DNA from: Nitrosopumilaceae archaeon
GTDB lineage: Archaea; Thermoproteota; Nitrososphaeria; Nitrososphaerales; Nitrosopumilaceae
Direction of reading: 5' to 3'
NCBI GenBank assembly: GCA_965200155.1
Contig: CBDATR010000024.1
Coordinates: 352,001 to 416,000, forward strand
Length of the DNA stretch: 64,000 bases
A model generated the notes under the pieces. It worked only from the letters and a program-made list of their open reading frames with translations, was not told the DNA's origin and searched no databases. Position 1 is the stretch's first letter. Each line of letters begins with the position of its first letter. Below, in pieces: positions 10,058-19,266 of this stretch. The translations under genes and the position numbers were made by a program.

Positions 10058-10348
10058 CTAGATATCTGCCCTGGGGAAGCTGGCTTCGTACTCTTTCTCG
10101 CGCATGCGCATCTGCTCCTCTTCCTGCTTGTTCTCTTTTATGGCTACCACTTCTATTTTGCGCGCATCCTTGGTGAACCATGTAACGGTTATCAGTCCTG
10201 TTATCTCTAGGTCCAGCAGCATCTTGTTGAATCTGTCTGCTGGCATGGTGATTCCGTCTTTGGCCAAGGACTTTGCCAGCTCTTCGTCTGTCAGTGATCC
10301 GGAATTCTTTATCTTTTCGTATGCCATATTGCGAAGGGGAATGGTCAT
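10058..10348 (-). CDS. Small winged-helix-like conserved archaeal protein
   Basis: 96-aa ORF coupled to cdc48; FNKMLLDLEITGLITV wing-like segment. Confidence 0.75.
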   Translation of the reverse strand: MTIPLRNMAYEKIKNSGSLTDEELAKSLAKDGITMPADRFNKMLLDLEITGLITVTWFTKDARKIEVVAIKENKQEEEQMRMREKEYEASFPRADI

Positions 10349-10349
10349 T

Positions 10350-12512
10350 TTAGCCGTAGAACACCTTGTCTGTTTCTTTGTTCATTATGTTTGAAATACT
10401 TTCGCTTATGCGGGCGTACCACTGGCTCATGTCAGGGGTTATGGAGGGTTTGGCTCGCGTAAGGGCATAGACAAAGTCGGCGTTTGTTATGTGTGCCTGG
10501 TTATTGCGCATGGCATGTATGGCTGCCTCCCTGCACAAGGCGGCCAAATCCGCGCCGGTATAATTATTTGTGGCCACCGCTATCTCCTGCATATTCACAT
10601 CATCCATAAGGGGCATTTTGCCGGTAAGTATACGAGCTATCTCAATTCTCTCCTGCTCGTTTGGCGCTCCTACATGCAGTAGTATGTCTAGGCGTCCTGT
10701 CCTTATGAGTGACGAATCCAACACATCCGGCCTGTTGGTTATTCCAATGACCGCAACGCCGGGAATCGTACCCTCCTCTATCTCGGTAAGCAGCTGGCTG
10801 AGTACGGTCTCGCTGGCACCGCCCTCCCTGTGCCTGGCCAGCGAGTCTAGCTCGTCAAATATTATGACGCAGGGTGCAGAGGCTTTGGCTTTTCGAAATA
10901 TCTCCCGTATGGCCTTCTCGGACTCTCCCATCCACTTTGAGAGGATCTCAGGACCACGTATCAGAATCATGTTGGCCCCGCTCTCAGTTGCCATGGCCCG
11001 GGATACAAGGGTCTTGCCACATCCCGGCGGACCATACAACAGTGCTCCCTTGGGTGGCCGTATTCCCATCTTGGTGAACTTGGATGGTTCTCGCATGGAT
11101 ACCACAAGATTGTTGGCAAGATCCTCCTTAACCTGGCTTAGTCCTCCAACATCTGTCCAGTGTATCTTGGGCTGCTCAACGTAGAACTCCCTCATTGCAG
11201 TGGGTACCACCTCGTGCATGCCCTGGTGGAAGTCGGACAGTCTTATTTGCATACACTCTAGTACATTGGTGGGTATCTTCTCAGACTCCAAGTCGATATG
11301 TGGCAGATAGCGGCGTATGGCTCGCAGGGCCGCCTCCCGGCACAGTGATTTTATATCAGCGCCAGTATAGCCGTGCAGCTCCGAGGCGAGCTCCTTGATG
11401 TTTACATCCTCTGCCAGAGGCATGCCCCGTGTATGTATATGCAGTATGTCCTGGCGCCCGTCCGTATTTGGTACTGATATCTCAAACTCCCGATCAAAGC
11501 GTCCCGGTCGCCGTAGTGCCGCCTCTACACTGTCGGGGCGATTGGTGGCGCCTAGCACCAGAACGTTGCCCCGCTCATCGAGCCCGTCCATCAGGGCTAA
11601 TAGTTGGGCCACTACGCGCTTTTCCACATCCCCGTAAGAGTCCTCCCGCTTAGGCGCGATGGCATCTATCTCGTCAATGAATATTATGCTGGGTGCATTC
11701 TCCCTTGCCTCCTTGAATATGTCACGAAGACGCGCCTCGGTCTCGCCGTAATACTTGTTTACAATCTCAGGACCATTAATGGAATACATGTTGGCGTCTG
11801 ACTCACTGGCTAATACCTTGGCAATCAGTGTCTTCCCGCATCCTGGTGGTCCGTACAACAGGACCCCGCTGTGAGCCTCCACTCCCAACCTCGCAAAGAG
11901 CTCGGGATGGCGCAGGGGAAGCTCCACAATCTCCCTCATGGCCTTTATCTCGTGATAGAGACCCCCCACTTCCTCGTATGTGATACGCGCCTTGCGATCA
12001 ACAGCCGCCTCTGGCGATATACTGAGGCTGGTGGACTCATCTATCCGTACCACTGCGCCAGGCGTGGCCTTCTCAAGACGCAGGAGTATGGGGCTGCCCA
12101 GTATCATAACGGATATCTCATCGCCCACTATAAGGGGCAGGCCGCTCAGCCGTTTCTTTACAAAATTTGTAAATTCCGTATCTGCCACTACAGTGCCATT
12201 TACCGGAACAAAGATTACCGAGCGTGCTGTCTTGGCAGTCGTTTTCTTGACCTTTACAGTATCATTGAGAGAGACGCCCATGATCTTGCGGGTTTGTCCG
12301 TCTATGCGGATGACGTCGGGCATTTTTTCGTCCTCGTCTGCAGGCCAGGCGATGGCGCAACTTGACCGCATACCTGTTATCTCAATTATGTCTCCTGGTG
12401 CTACATTAAGATAGTCCATGGCATCCGGGCCCATGCGCGCCCGTTTCTTTCCCACATCGCGATGCTTTGCCTCGCCCACATGCATTTGTAGGCTACCATT
12501 ACCATTGTTCAA
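10350..12512 (-). CDS. cdc48: CDC48/VAT family AAA+ ATPase
   Basis: N-domain plus two AAA modules (GPPGCGKT twice, FIDEID / FDELD, RRPGRFD). Confidence 0.97.
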   Translation of the reverse strand: MNNGNGSLQMHVGEAKHRDVGKKRARMGPDAMDYLNVAPGDIIEITGMRSSCAIAWPADEDEKMPDVIRIDGQTRKIMGVSLNDTVKVKKTTAKTARSVIFVPVNGTVVADTEFTNFVKKRLSGLPLIVGDEISVMILGSPILLRLEKATPGAVVRIDESTSLSISPEAAVDRKARITYEEVGGLYHEIKAMREIVELPLRHPELFARLGVEAHSGVLLYGPPGCGKTLIAKVLASESDANMYSINGPEIVNKYYGETEARLRDIFKEARENAPSIIFIDEIDAIAPKREDSYGDVEKRVVAQLLALMDGLDERGNVLVLGATNRPDSVEAALRRPGRFDREFEISVPNTDGRQDILHIHTRGMPLAEDVNIKELASELHGYTGADIKSLCREAALRAIRRYLPHIDLESEKIPTNVLECMQIRLSDFHQGMHEVVPTAMREFYVEQPKIHWTDVGGLSQVKEDLANNLVVSMREPSKFTKMGIRPPKGALLYGPPGCGKTLVSRAMATESGANMILIRGPEILSKWMGESEKAIREIFRKAKASAPCVIIFDELDSLARHREGGASETVLSQLLTEIEEGTIPGVAVIGITNRPDVLDSSLIRTGRLDILLHVGAPNEQERIEIARILTGKMPLMDDVNMQEIAVATNNYTGADLAALCREAAIHAMRNNQAHITNADFVYALTRAKPSITPDMSQWYARISESISNIMNKETDKVFYG

Positions 12513-12513
12513 G

Positions 12514-12795
12514 TTACTTCATGTCCACTGACATGCGGCTCATATTCAGCACCTCAAACTCACTCACTCCGTCTACGGATCGGACGGCGTTCTCCAACGC
12601 ATCACTCTGGCCTTCCATGTCCTGTATTACAAACTCCGCCTTGATACACTCCAAGCCAAAGGCGATGGGCTCTATACTGTGCCTTTTCATACTCATGGAT
12701 TCCGGCAGGGAGTCCTTTATGGAATCTGCCAACTTGTTAAGATCTACTTCTATATCTGTTGGCAGTATCTTGGATATGAACAATAATTGGGTCAT
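12514..12795 (-). CDS. ef1b: Translation elongation factor 1-beta
   Basis: [11 protein letters not shown]...EPIAFGL motif; start placed at MTQLL. Confidence 0.93.
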   Translation of the reverse strand: MTQLLFISKILPTDIEVDLNKLADSIKDSLPESMSMKRHSIEPIAFGLECIKAEFVIQDMEGQSDALENAVRSVDGVSEFEVLNMSRMSVDMK

Positions 12796-12797
12796 TG

Positions 12798-12977
12798 TCA
12801 GGGTCCCTCGAATCCGCATTGATTACAAGCGTATGAACGGGCCGACTCTCTGCAACTTTCACAACGCCATATCTTTATGGCATTACAATCCGGACAGTCA
12901 AACTTCACGCACTTGTCGTTGGGCATTATGGGACGAAAGCAACAACTGCATGTGGGTAGTGATATCTGCGATGACAT
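12798..12977 (-). CDS. Small zinc-finger protein (DUF1610 / HVO_2753-like), 59 aa, not in the ORF track
   Basis: Hand translation [59 protein letters not shown]; four CxxC and terminal CGFEGP; canonical position upstream of EF-1beta. Confidence 0.9.
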   Translation of the reverse strand: MSSQISLPTCSCCFRPIMPNDKCVKFDCPDCNAIKIWRCESCRESARSYACNQCGFEGP

Positions 12978-13002
12978 ATGGTACCGGATTTACGAACTTC
13001 AT

Positions 13003-14154
13003 TTATACCTTGTTGGATGTATGTGTCATTCCCAATATGCGCCGTATCTCGCTCGCGGCTAGGGTACCTGCCACCTCTATTGTGCCCTTTATGCCCAAGA
13101 CATTCAGCAGGGTACCTGCATGAAAATCAAAGTCACTGCCAGATAGGGGCAGCTTGCCGGGGCGTATGCTGGATATGATTCGGCTGATGGCGGTATTATC
13201 TAACATCTCAAGTATCTTCCGGCCTTTGGACTGTAGCCGGAACTCCGCGCCAAATTTGGTCCTCCAAGCTTTCCCGTAATCCAGGGACTCTGGTATACCT
13301 GATTCAAGATGCGACGCGATGGCTCTGCCTGCCAGTATCCCACCGGCGCCACAGGAGTATATGCCGCCACCGGTTGTAGGCTTGGTTTGTCCTGCAGCAT
13401 CTCCAACGGTTACCCTATGACCATGTACGAATTGGGGCATCGCGCCGCCCACCCATATGGGCGCTATAATGCTGCGCAGTATCGCGCCGCCCCCCAAGTC
13501 ACTAAGTAGCGACTCCATAGCTTGAGTGGCGTTTATGTTGCGTCCCGCCACTCCCACTTTCCCGTGCCCGTCGCGCCGGGGAATTATCCATGCAAAGAAG
13601 CCGGGGTATTTATCACGGTCCAGCATGACTGATACCCGCCCCTTTCGTATCCAGTCTGCATGAATTTCACATTGTGCAGACTGCACTATGTGGGACTTGT
13701 TTTCTATGGATACGATGCCCCTGGCATCTACCAGGATATTATACATCACATCCCCGTTAGCGGTCTTAGCTGTGTGATCCCGCGTTCCACGAAATGTCGT
13801 GCCAACCTGTATGTCAGCTCCGGCCTTTTGTGCCTGCATTGCTATCTGCTTGTCCAGCTCCCGCCGGTCTATTTCCTGAGTTCCCATGGCTGGCAGCGCT
13901 ATACTTGAGCCGTCCGGCGCGACTATACTGACCGACTCTATGGTGTTTCCCAGCATCACTCCTGACGGGCTAACCCCTAGATACTCCAAGGCCGCCCTGC
14001 TCAGCAGCCCGCCGCAATGCTGCGGTGTTCCTATCTCGTGGCTCTTCTCCAAGACTAGTACCGAGTGACCAGCGGATGCCACCTCTCGGGCACACAGTAA
14101 TCCTGACACGCTACCGCCGGCAATGACAACATCATATTTCACAAGCATAGTCAT
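13003..14154 (-). CDS. Geranylgeranyl reductase family FAD-dependent oxidoreductase
   Basis: YDVVIAGGSVSG dinucleotide fold, CGG, AWIIP, VGDAAGQTKPTTGGGI. Confidence 0.9.
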   Translation of the reverse strand: MTMLVKYDVVIAGGSVSGLLCAREVASAGHSVLVLEKSHEIGTPQHCGGLLSRAALEYLGVSPSGVMLGNTIESVSIVAPDGSSIALPAMGTQEIDRRELDKQIAMQAQKAGADIQVGTTFRGTRDHTAKTANGDVMYNILVDARGIVSIENKSHIVQSAQCEIHADWIRKGRVSVMLDRDKYPGFFAWIIPRRDGHGKVGVAGRNINATQAMESLLSDLGGGAILRSIIAPIWVGGAMPQFVHGHRVTVGDAAGQTKPTTGGGIYSCGAGGILAGRAIASHLESGIPESLDYGKAWRTKFGAEFRLQSKGRKILEMLDNTAISRIISSIRPGKLPLSGSDFDFHAGTLLNVLGIKGTIEVAGTLAASEIRRILGMTHTSNKV

Positions 14155-14203
14155 TATATGATACACAAAAGTTTTTTTCAGTATGTGATGAGCAAACCTG
14201 GTT

Positions 14204-14557
14204 ATGGGTAACATAAAGCAGGTGATAGCGGTGCGAACTGATCTACGCATGGGCAAGGGCAAGATTGCCGCCCAGGTGGGACACGCCTGTGTCGTGGCCA
14301 CGGAGCGGGCCAGGGTATCTTATCGTGATTGGTATGATATGTGGTGGCACGGCCAGGAGAAGGTGGTTCTGCGCGTGAGTGATGGTGCAAGTCTCGAGCG
14401 CATACGGCAGGAAGCTGCACACACAGGATTGCCTTACCATCTGGTGGTGGATGCGGGCCACACGCAAATCACTCCCGGTACGACCACATGTGTGGCAGTG
14501 GGACCTGCGCCTGAGCATCTGATTGATGGTATAACCGGTGAACTATCCCTGCTGTAG
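14204..14557 (+). CDS. pth2: Peptidyl-tRNA hydrolase Pth2
   Basis: KQVIAVRTDLRMGKGKIAAQVGHA, DAGHTQI, GPAP. Confidence 0.97.
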   Translation: MGNIKQVIAVRTDLRMGKGKIAAQVGHACVVATERARVSYRDWYDMWWHGQEKVVLRVSDGASLERIRQEAAHTGLPYHLVVDAGHTQITPGTTTCVAVGPAPEHLIDGITGELSLL

Positions 14558-14585
14558 TACTAGGTAGTCAACATAAAGATATAAC

Positions 14586-16193
14586 GTGTGCCCGTCTCCT
14601 ACCTGTGTGAAGCGCCCTACCCGTAGCTCAGGTCGAAAGAAGCTAGGCATAATAGTATGCGCATTCTTTGGGTTCATACTACTCTCGTCCACTATCTTGT
14701 TTGCTGTTCCCAGTCCTACTCCCTCTGGAATGGAGGCTCCGGCACCCGATCAGATTACCATTACCGGAACACCACAGGATAACTATCCGGACGCGCAACG
14801 GGCTCAGTTCTGCGGCGTTGCCCCGCCACAGTCAAATACGTATATCCGGGAGTTTGAGATCCCCACTGAATGCACGCAGCCTCTGGCCATTGTAACTGCC
14901 CCGGATGGCGGGGTATGGTTTGCTCAGTCAAACACCGGTAACTTGGCCCGCTTTGATGCAACAACAGAGACGTTCACGGAGTTTTCCAACCCCTTGTGGG
15001 AGTCCGGTCAGCGTTCCATGATCTGGGGACTGGACTATGCTGACGGCTATCTTTGGTATGGTGATGAGGCCAACGACTCTGTGTGGCGCTTTGATACTGC
15101 CACCGAGACATATAGGCAGTTTCCCCTGCCTGGATCAGGAAGCATATTCCCCCAGGTGTTACAAGTTGTGGATACTGACATAATACTAAATGACCTGACC
15201 GGAAATACCATGGTGGTTCTGGACGCCTCTGATATAGAGAGTGGGCTGGAATACTATTCTGTCCCCTCCAATGTTACTGATGCGGTAACAGCGGGCTTTA
15301 CCCTAGACAGGCAGGGTATAGCGTGGTATACAACATGGATCCCGCAGGGAGGCGGCTTACTGGTGGGCCTGGATCCTGAAATAATCAAGAGGCAAGATGG
15401 TCCTGATCCCGTAATAACCACACTACCCCCTGCCCTGCGTACACCCAACGGTATCGCGGTGGATCACGGAGGGAATGTGTGGCTGGCAGATACCAGCAGC
15501 TCATACTTCTTCATGTATGATGCGGCTACGGGCGACTTTTCGCAGTTTGTTACCAGTACGCCGGATGTATTCTCCTATGGTAATGTTACAGGAATAGTTG
15601 GTAACCCCATATCCCGGCCTTACTGGATGCAGGTGAATGATAATGGTATGATAGTCTTTAACCAGCAGACCGCCAACCGCATCGGGGTGATGGATCCGCG
15701 CACCGAGAGCCTTGTAGAATATTCCATACCATCTAGGAATCCACTATGGAGTGACTGTGGAGGTGATCCACTGTGCGGTATCTCGCAGGCACTAACCTTT
15801 ACGGTTGATGGCTCAGATGTCTGGCTTACCCAGTGGGCTGAGAACAATGTCGCCGTACTGGATACCTCAATCCCCTTGCCCTTTGATATAACACTGGAGA
15901 CGCCCCGGGTACAGTTATCTCCCGGCGAGACTGTAATCACATCATATGTGGTAGAGGCGAATGTGGGCAGAACAATAGCCATAGAGCCAATTCAGACGTA
16001 CACGCATTCATTTCTGTATTCACAGACGCATGATCCCCTTCAATTGTACCGACTTGACGGTACCCAGACCATAACACTGGACATTACGTCTTTGCCCAAT
16101 GCGGTGCCTGGTGAGTACAAGATACTGCTGGGAGCAAAGTCCGGAGATGTGACTATCTCGAAGTTTGTCACAGTGGATATAGTATCCCCGTAG
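14586..16193 (+). CDS. Membrane-anchored Vgb/streptogramin-lyase-like beta-propeller protein
   Basis: N-terminal TM segment; repeated P.gI..d.dG.vWf propeller motifs. Confidence 0.8.
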   Translation: MCPSPTCVKRPTRSSGRKKLGIIVCAFFGFILLSSTILFAVPSPTPSGMEAPAPDQITITGTPQDNYPDAQRAQFCGVAPPQSNTYIREFEIPTECTQPLAIVTAPDGGVWFAQSNTGNLARFDATTETFTEFSNPLWESGQRSMIWGLDYADGYLWYGDEANDSVWRFDTATETYRQFPLPGSGSIFPQVLQVVDTDIILNDLTGNTMVVLDASDIESGLEYYSVPSNVTDAVTAGFTLDRQGIAWYTTWIPQGGGLLVGLDPEIIKRQDGPDPVITTLPPALRTPNGIAVDHGGNVWLADTSSSYFFMYDAATGDFSQFVTSTPDVFSYGNVTGIVGNPISRPYWMQVNDNGMIVFNQQTANRIGVMDPRTESLVEYSIPSRNPLWSDCGGDPLCGISQALTFTVDGSDVWLTQWAENNVAVLDTSIPLPFDITLETPRVQLSPGETVITSYVVEANVGRTIAIEPIQTYTHSFLYSQTHDPLQLYRLDGTQTITLDITSLPNAVPGEYKILLGAKSGDVTISKFVTVDIVSP

Positions 16194-16195
16194 CA

Positions 16196-17386
16196 TTGTC
16201 AGTACCTGATATAGACAAAACAGTGGGCATTACCGTATATGGTACAGAGACGCCCGGTACCGGCGGCAGCATACGGGGGAGTACAGAGGACTTTGTGGTG
16301 GATGAAATCCTGTCTGACAGGTATTCTTCCCTTATACGGGATAATGGGAGATATGCAGTATATAGACTGGTAAAGAACGGAATTGATACCGGCCACGCAC
16401 TATCTGACATATTTCGTACACGACGTCTGCGACTCAAGGCTCTGGGACTAAAGGATGCATTTGCACGCACGACTCAGTACGTGTGCTCGAATGGGACCGG
16501 TTCCGGCATAGAACACATGAGGACTCCACGATATGAGATAACCCTGCTGGGATACACGGATCGTCCCATAACCAAGAAAGCCATGGTGGGCAACAAATTC
16601 CGCATACGGGTGCGGGGCCATACCGGCACACTGCATGTATCCTGCGATATTATACCCAATCATTTTGGCTATCAGCGCTTTGGATCCCGCCGTCCCGTAA
16701 CGCATCTGGTGGGAAAGGCCGTTCTGCTTGAAAATTTTGATGAGGCCATACGACTAATACTGTATGAGACCTCCCCGCATGATCGGTCAGAGAACACTAT
16801 ACTGAGGCGCAAACTTGCTGAATTATCATATGATGAGGGGTTGGAGATTCTGCCCCGGGGTATGGATACTGAGCGGACAGTGTTACGCTCCCTGCATGAG
16901 TGCGATGATACGCGCGTAGCATTTATGACGATACCGCTTTATCTGAGGCGGCTATATGTACAGGCATATCAGTCCTACCTGTTCAACCTTACTTTGAGCG
17001 GCGTCATGCATGAAAATATTGATAGCACGATGCCTCATGATGGCGACATCTGTTTTGATAAGACTAGCCGTATTGGAAAGTGGGATGGATGGTCTCAGTC
17101 TCGCCTGGCAATTCCGCTGGTGGGCTATTCATACTACAAGAAGACTCGCTTTCATGGTGTTATATCGAATGTGTTGGAACAGGAGGAAGTTACGCCCAGG
17201 ATGTTCTATACCAAGCATGCCCAAGAGCTGAGCTCAGAGGGTGGGTTCCGGCAGGCAATACTGGAATGTACTGATTTCTCATCATCCGAGGATACTGTGG
17301 AGTTTGTATTGTCCCGCGGATCCTATGCCACCATGGTAATGCGGGAGATAATGAAGCCGCGGGATCCTATCACCGCCGGTTTTTGA
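16196..17386 (+). CDS. truD: tRNA pseudouridine(13) synthase TruD
   Basis: EDFVVDE, GLKDAFARTTQ, GNKFRI, PNHFGYQRFG, LSRGSYATMVMRE. Confidence 0.95.
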   Translation: MSVPDIDKTVGITVYGTETPGTGGSIRGSTEDFVVDEILSDRYSSLIRDNGRYAVYRLVKNGIDTGHALSDIFRTRRLRLKALGLKDAFARTTQYVCSNGTGSGIEHMRTPRYEITLLGYTDRPITKKAMVGNKFRIRVRGHTGTLHVSCDIIPNHFGYQRFGSRRPVTHLVGKAVLLENFDEAIRLILYETSPHDRSENTILRRKLAELSYDEGLEILPRGMDTERTVLRSLHECDDTRVAFMTIPLYLRRLYVQAYQSYLFNLTLSGVMHENIDSTMPHDGDICFDKTSRIGKWDGWSQSRLAIPLVGYSYYKKTRFHGVISNVLEQEEVTPRMFYTKHAQELSSEGGFRQAILECTDFSSSEDTVEFVLSRGSYATMVMREIMKPRDPITAGF

Positions 17387-17594
17387 TATATGATATAACG
17401 CCCGCTGCAAGCACGACTATCCCTATGATAGCTATGGCAAGACCGTATCCGGTCCACTGCGGGTTTTCGTACATGAACGATTCCTGTGGACCCGCGAGAC
17501 CGTGGCTTTGCATGTAGAATAATATACCAAACAGAAATAGCGCCGTTCCTGATAGCCATGTAACTTTATGTGCGGTTCTGGTGTGGGGCTGCAT
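17370..17594 (-). CDS. Small two-TM membrane protein
   Basis: Two hydrophobic helices around GPQESFMYENPQW. Confidence 0.7.
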   Translation of the reverse strand: MQPHTRTAHKVTWLSGTALFLFGILFYMQSHGLAGPQESFMYENPQWTGYGLAIAIIGIVVLAAGVISYIKNRR

Positions 17595-17710
17595 CTTACT
17601 GTCTAGCCTGCACTAATCGCCGCGCCCCATCGTTAATGAGTACCCGCATGAATTAACTCATATCGGCGGCGCTAATATGTACCTGTATTTTGTCACTTTA
17701 CAGTAATCGT

Positions 17711-18710
17711 TTAGGTCACGTCTGGTTCTCTGACTTTTTGTTTCAGATAACCAGTGGCTAGATTGTTATATCCGGCATATCCGTAACACGTGATTAGCTT
17801 GTCCAGTATGTCTGAATAGTACATTTTGATTATCTCCGATGAGCGTGAGGTGGCCAGCTTGTATGCTATGCTGTCATTTCCACTGCACGCCCACGCGTAT
17901 GCAGTCTTGCCGTTCAGCGAGAGGGGGGTCTCGTCCATCAGTATGGTCTCGGATTTGATCAAATCCTCCCGGATTTTTCCCACCTCTTTCTCCATTTTTT
18001 CAGATGCAGCTTCCATGGCGTGCTGTATTGTTGTCTTGCAGGAGCCACTCATCCTTGATTTGATCCCGATTGTATCGCTTCCATGGCGTGCTGTATTGTT
18101 ATCTTGCAGGAGCCTGCCTCGTACATTTTCATGGTGTCCGCGATACCCTGCAGTGTGGAACCATTGTAATATGCAGTGGTCATTATGGTCAATAAGTTGG
18201 GTCCAAATTGTGTGCCCGGGATACTCCGGGTTCATGTACCATATCCGTAATGTTATGACATTCCCGGCACCGTCACTCCTCTGTTATGTGCGCGGTAACC
18301 TCGGCTTTCGGAATAACGGGTATGTCTGTTGTGGTGTTGCCGGTCTTTTCCAGGTTTTTAGAGCCGCATTTTGAACACTTGTCAGGGGTCTTGTCAGGGG
18401 TCTTGCGGACTATTTTGTCAGGCCTTCTGTTGTGGTATTTTCCCGGGTGCCCGCTCCTCCGGCCTCACTTGAGTGGAGTTTACCTTTTTCTTTGCGGCTT
18501 TTTTTCATCTTCTGAGGAATGGAGTTCTGTGATGGTTGGGGTATGCGGGTTTTCATAGTATCGGAGACGATTCTTTAATGATTTTACTTCCACATCCCTC
18601 GCTGTGAGTATTATCTTCAATTCTGTCTTGTCTGTCTCCAACCTTGTAATCTTGTCTGATTGTATCTCGATGATCATGTCTTTCCCTTTGATTATTCTGA
18701 TCAGTTTACC
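17711..18710 (-). pseudogene. IS66-family transposase, central/C-terminal fragments (frameshifted)
   Basis: RYYENPHTP, ILMDETP...AYAW, SRSSEII, (D)GYAGY motifs spread over several frames. Confidence 0.8.
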
Positions 18711-18959
18711 GGGAATTATATATGAAAGTAGCACAGAAGAAGCGTATCGCTCCAACTAGGGACGAAAATGGAATGTAACCCGTTCCAGTCCAAGAATGGC
18801 GCTACGCGTAACTAGAATGATTCACCATTCCATGGAATAGAACCGGTTCCCTGGTTGAACTTGTTACACGACTTATTGTAACTATGCCGCCATTCCTGGA
18901 CTGGAAATCATTATTCTAGTGAAAGCCCTACTGCAGTGCTACTTTCGTATATAATTTCC
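18711..18959 (+). mobile_element. ~250-bp MITE, family 2 (left arm of composite transposon)
   Basis: 24-bp imperfect TIR gg(g/a)aattatata(t/c)gaaagtagcac; near-identical inverted copy at 22836-23088. Confidence 0.9.
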
Positions 18960-19114
18960 TGCTCAAGTGTGGCAACCATCTTATCCAACCAGAATCCAGC
19001 ATGGCGAACAGGTACACCGCGAATCATGTATATTCACCAGTCCTCCACTTCTCACCACCTGTAGTTCCATGATTCTGTATTGACGTTCATCATGAGTGGT
19101 GGCAGTCTTGCGCG

Positions 19115-19244
19115 GTATGAGTTCGCCTATGTCTAAATGGAACGGGTCATTCTATAACTGATCGCGACAGTTAAAGAGTAACCGGTTACTATTTTGTGCA
19201 TAAGATTGGAGTAACCGGTTACGTTCCAAGACGTGAACTCACAC
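19115..19244 (+). mobile_element. MITE family 1, expanded variant (130 bp)
   Basis: Same TIRs with mismatches; three internal segments replaced by short palindromes; no target duplication. Confidence 0.9.
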
Positions 19245-19266
19245 ACCCATTCTTTGTAATTGCAAG

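Noticed and set aside
12467-13123. 218-aa plus-strand ORF and similar long antisense ORFs
   Set aside because: Shadow frames opposite well-supported genes (ef1b, zinc finger, cdc48 and others).
19091-19114. Similar left flanks (catgag...tgcgcg) of the MITEs at 19115 and 30507
   Set aside because: Short gapped similarity; cannot distinguish a shared remnant from coincidence.
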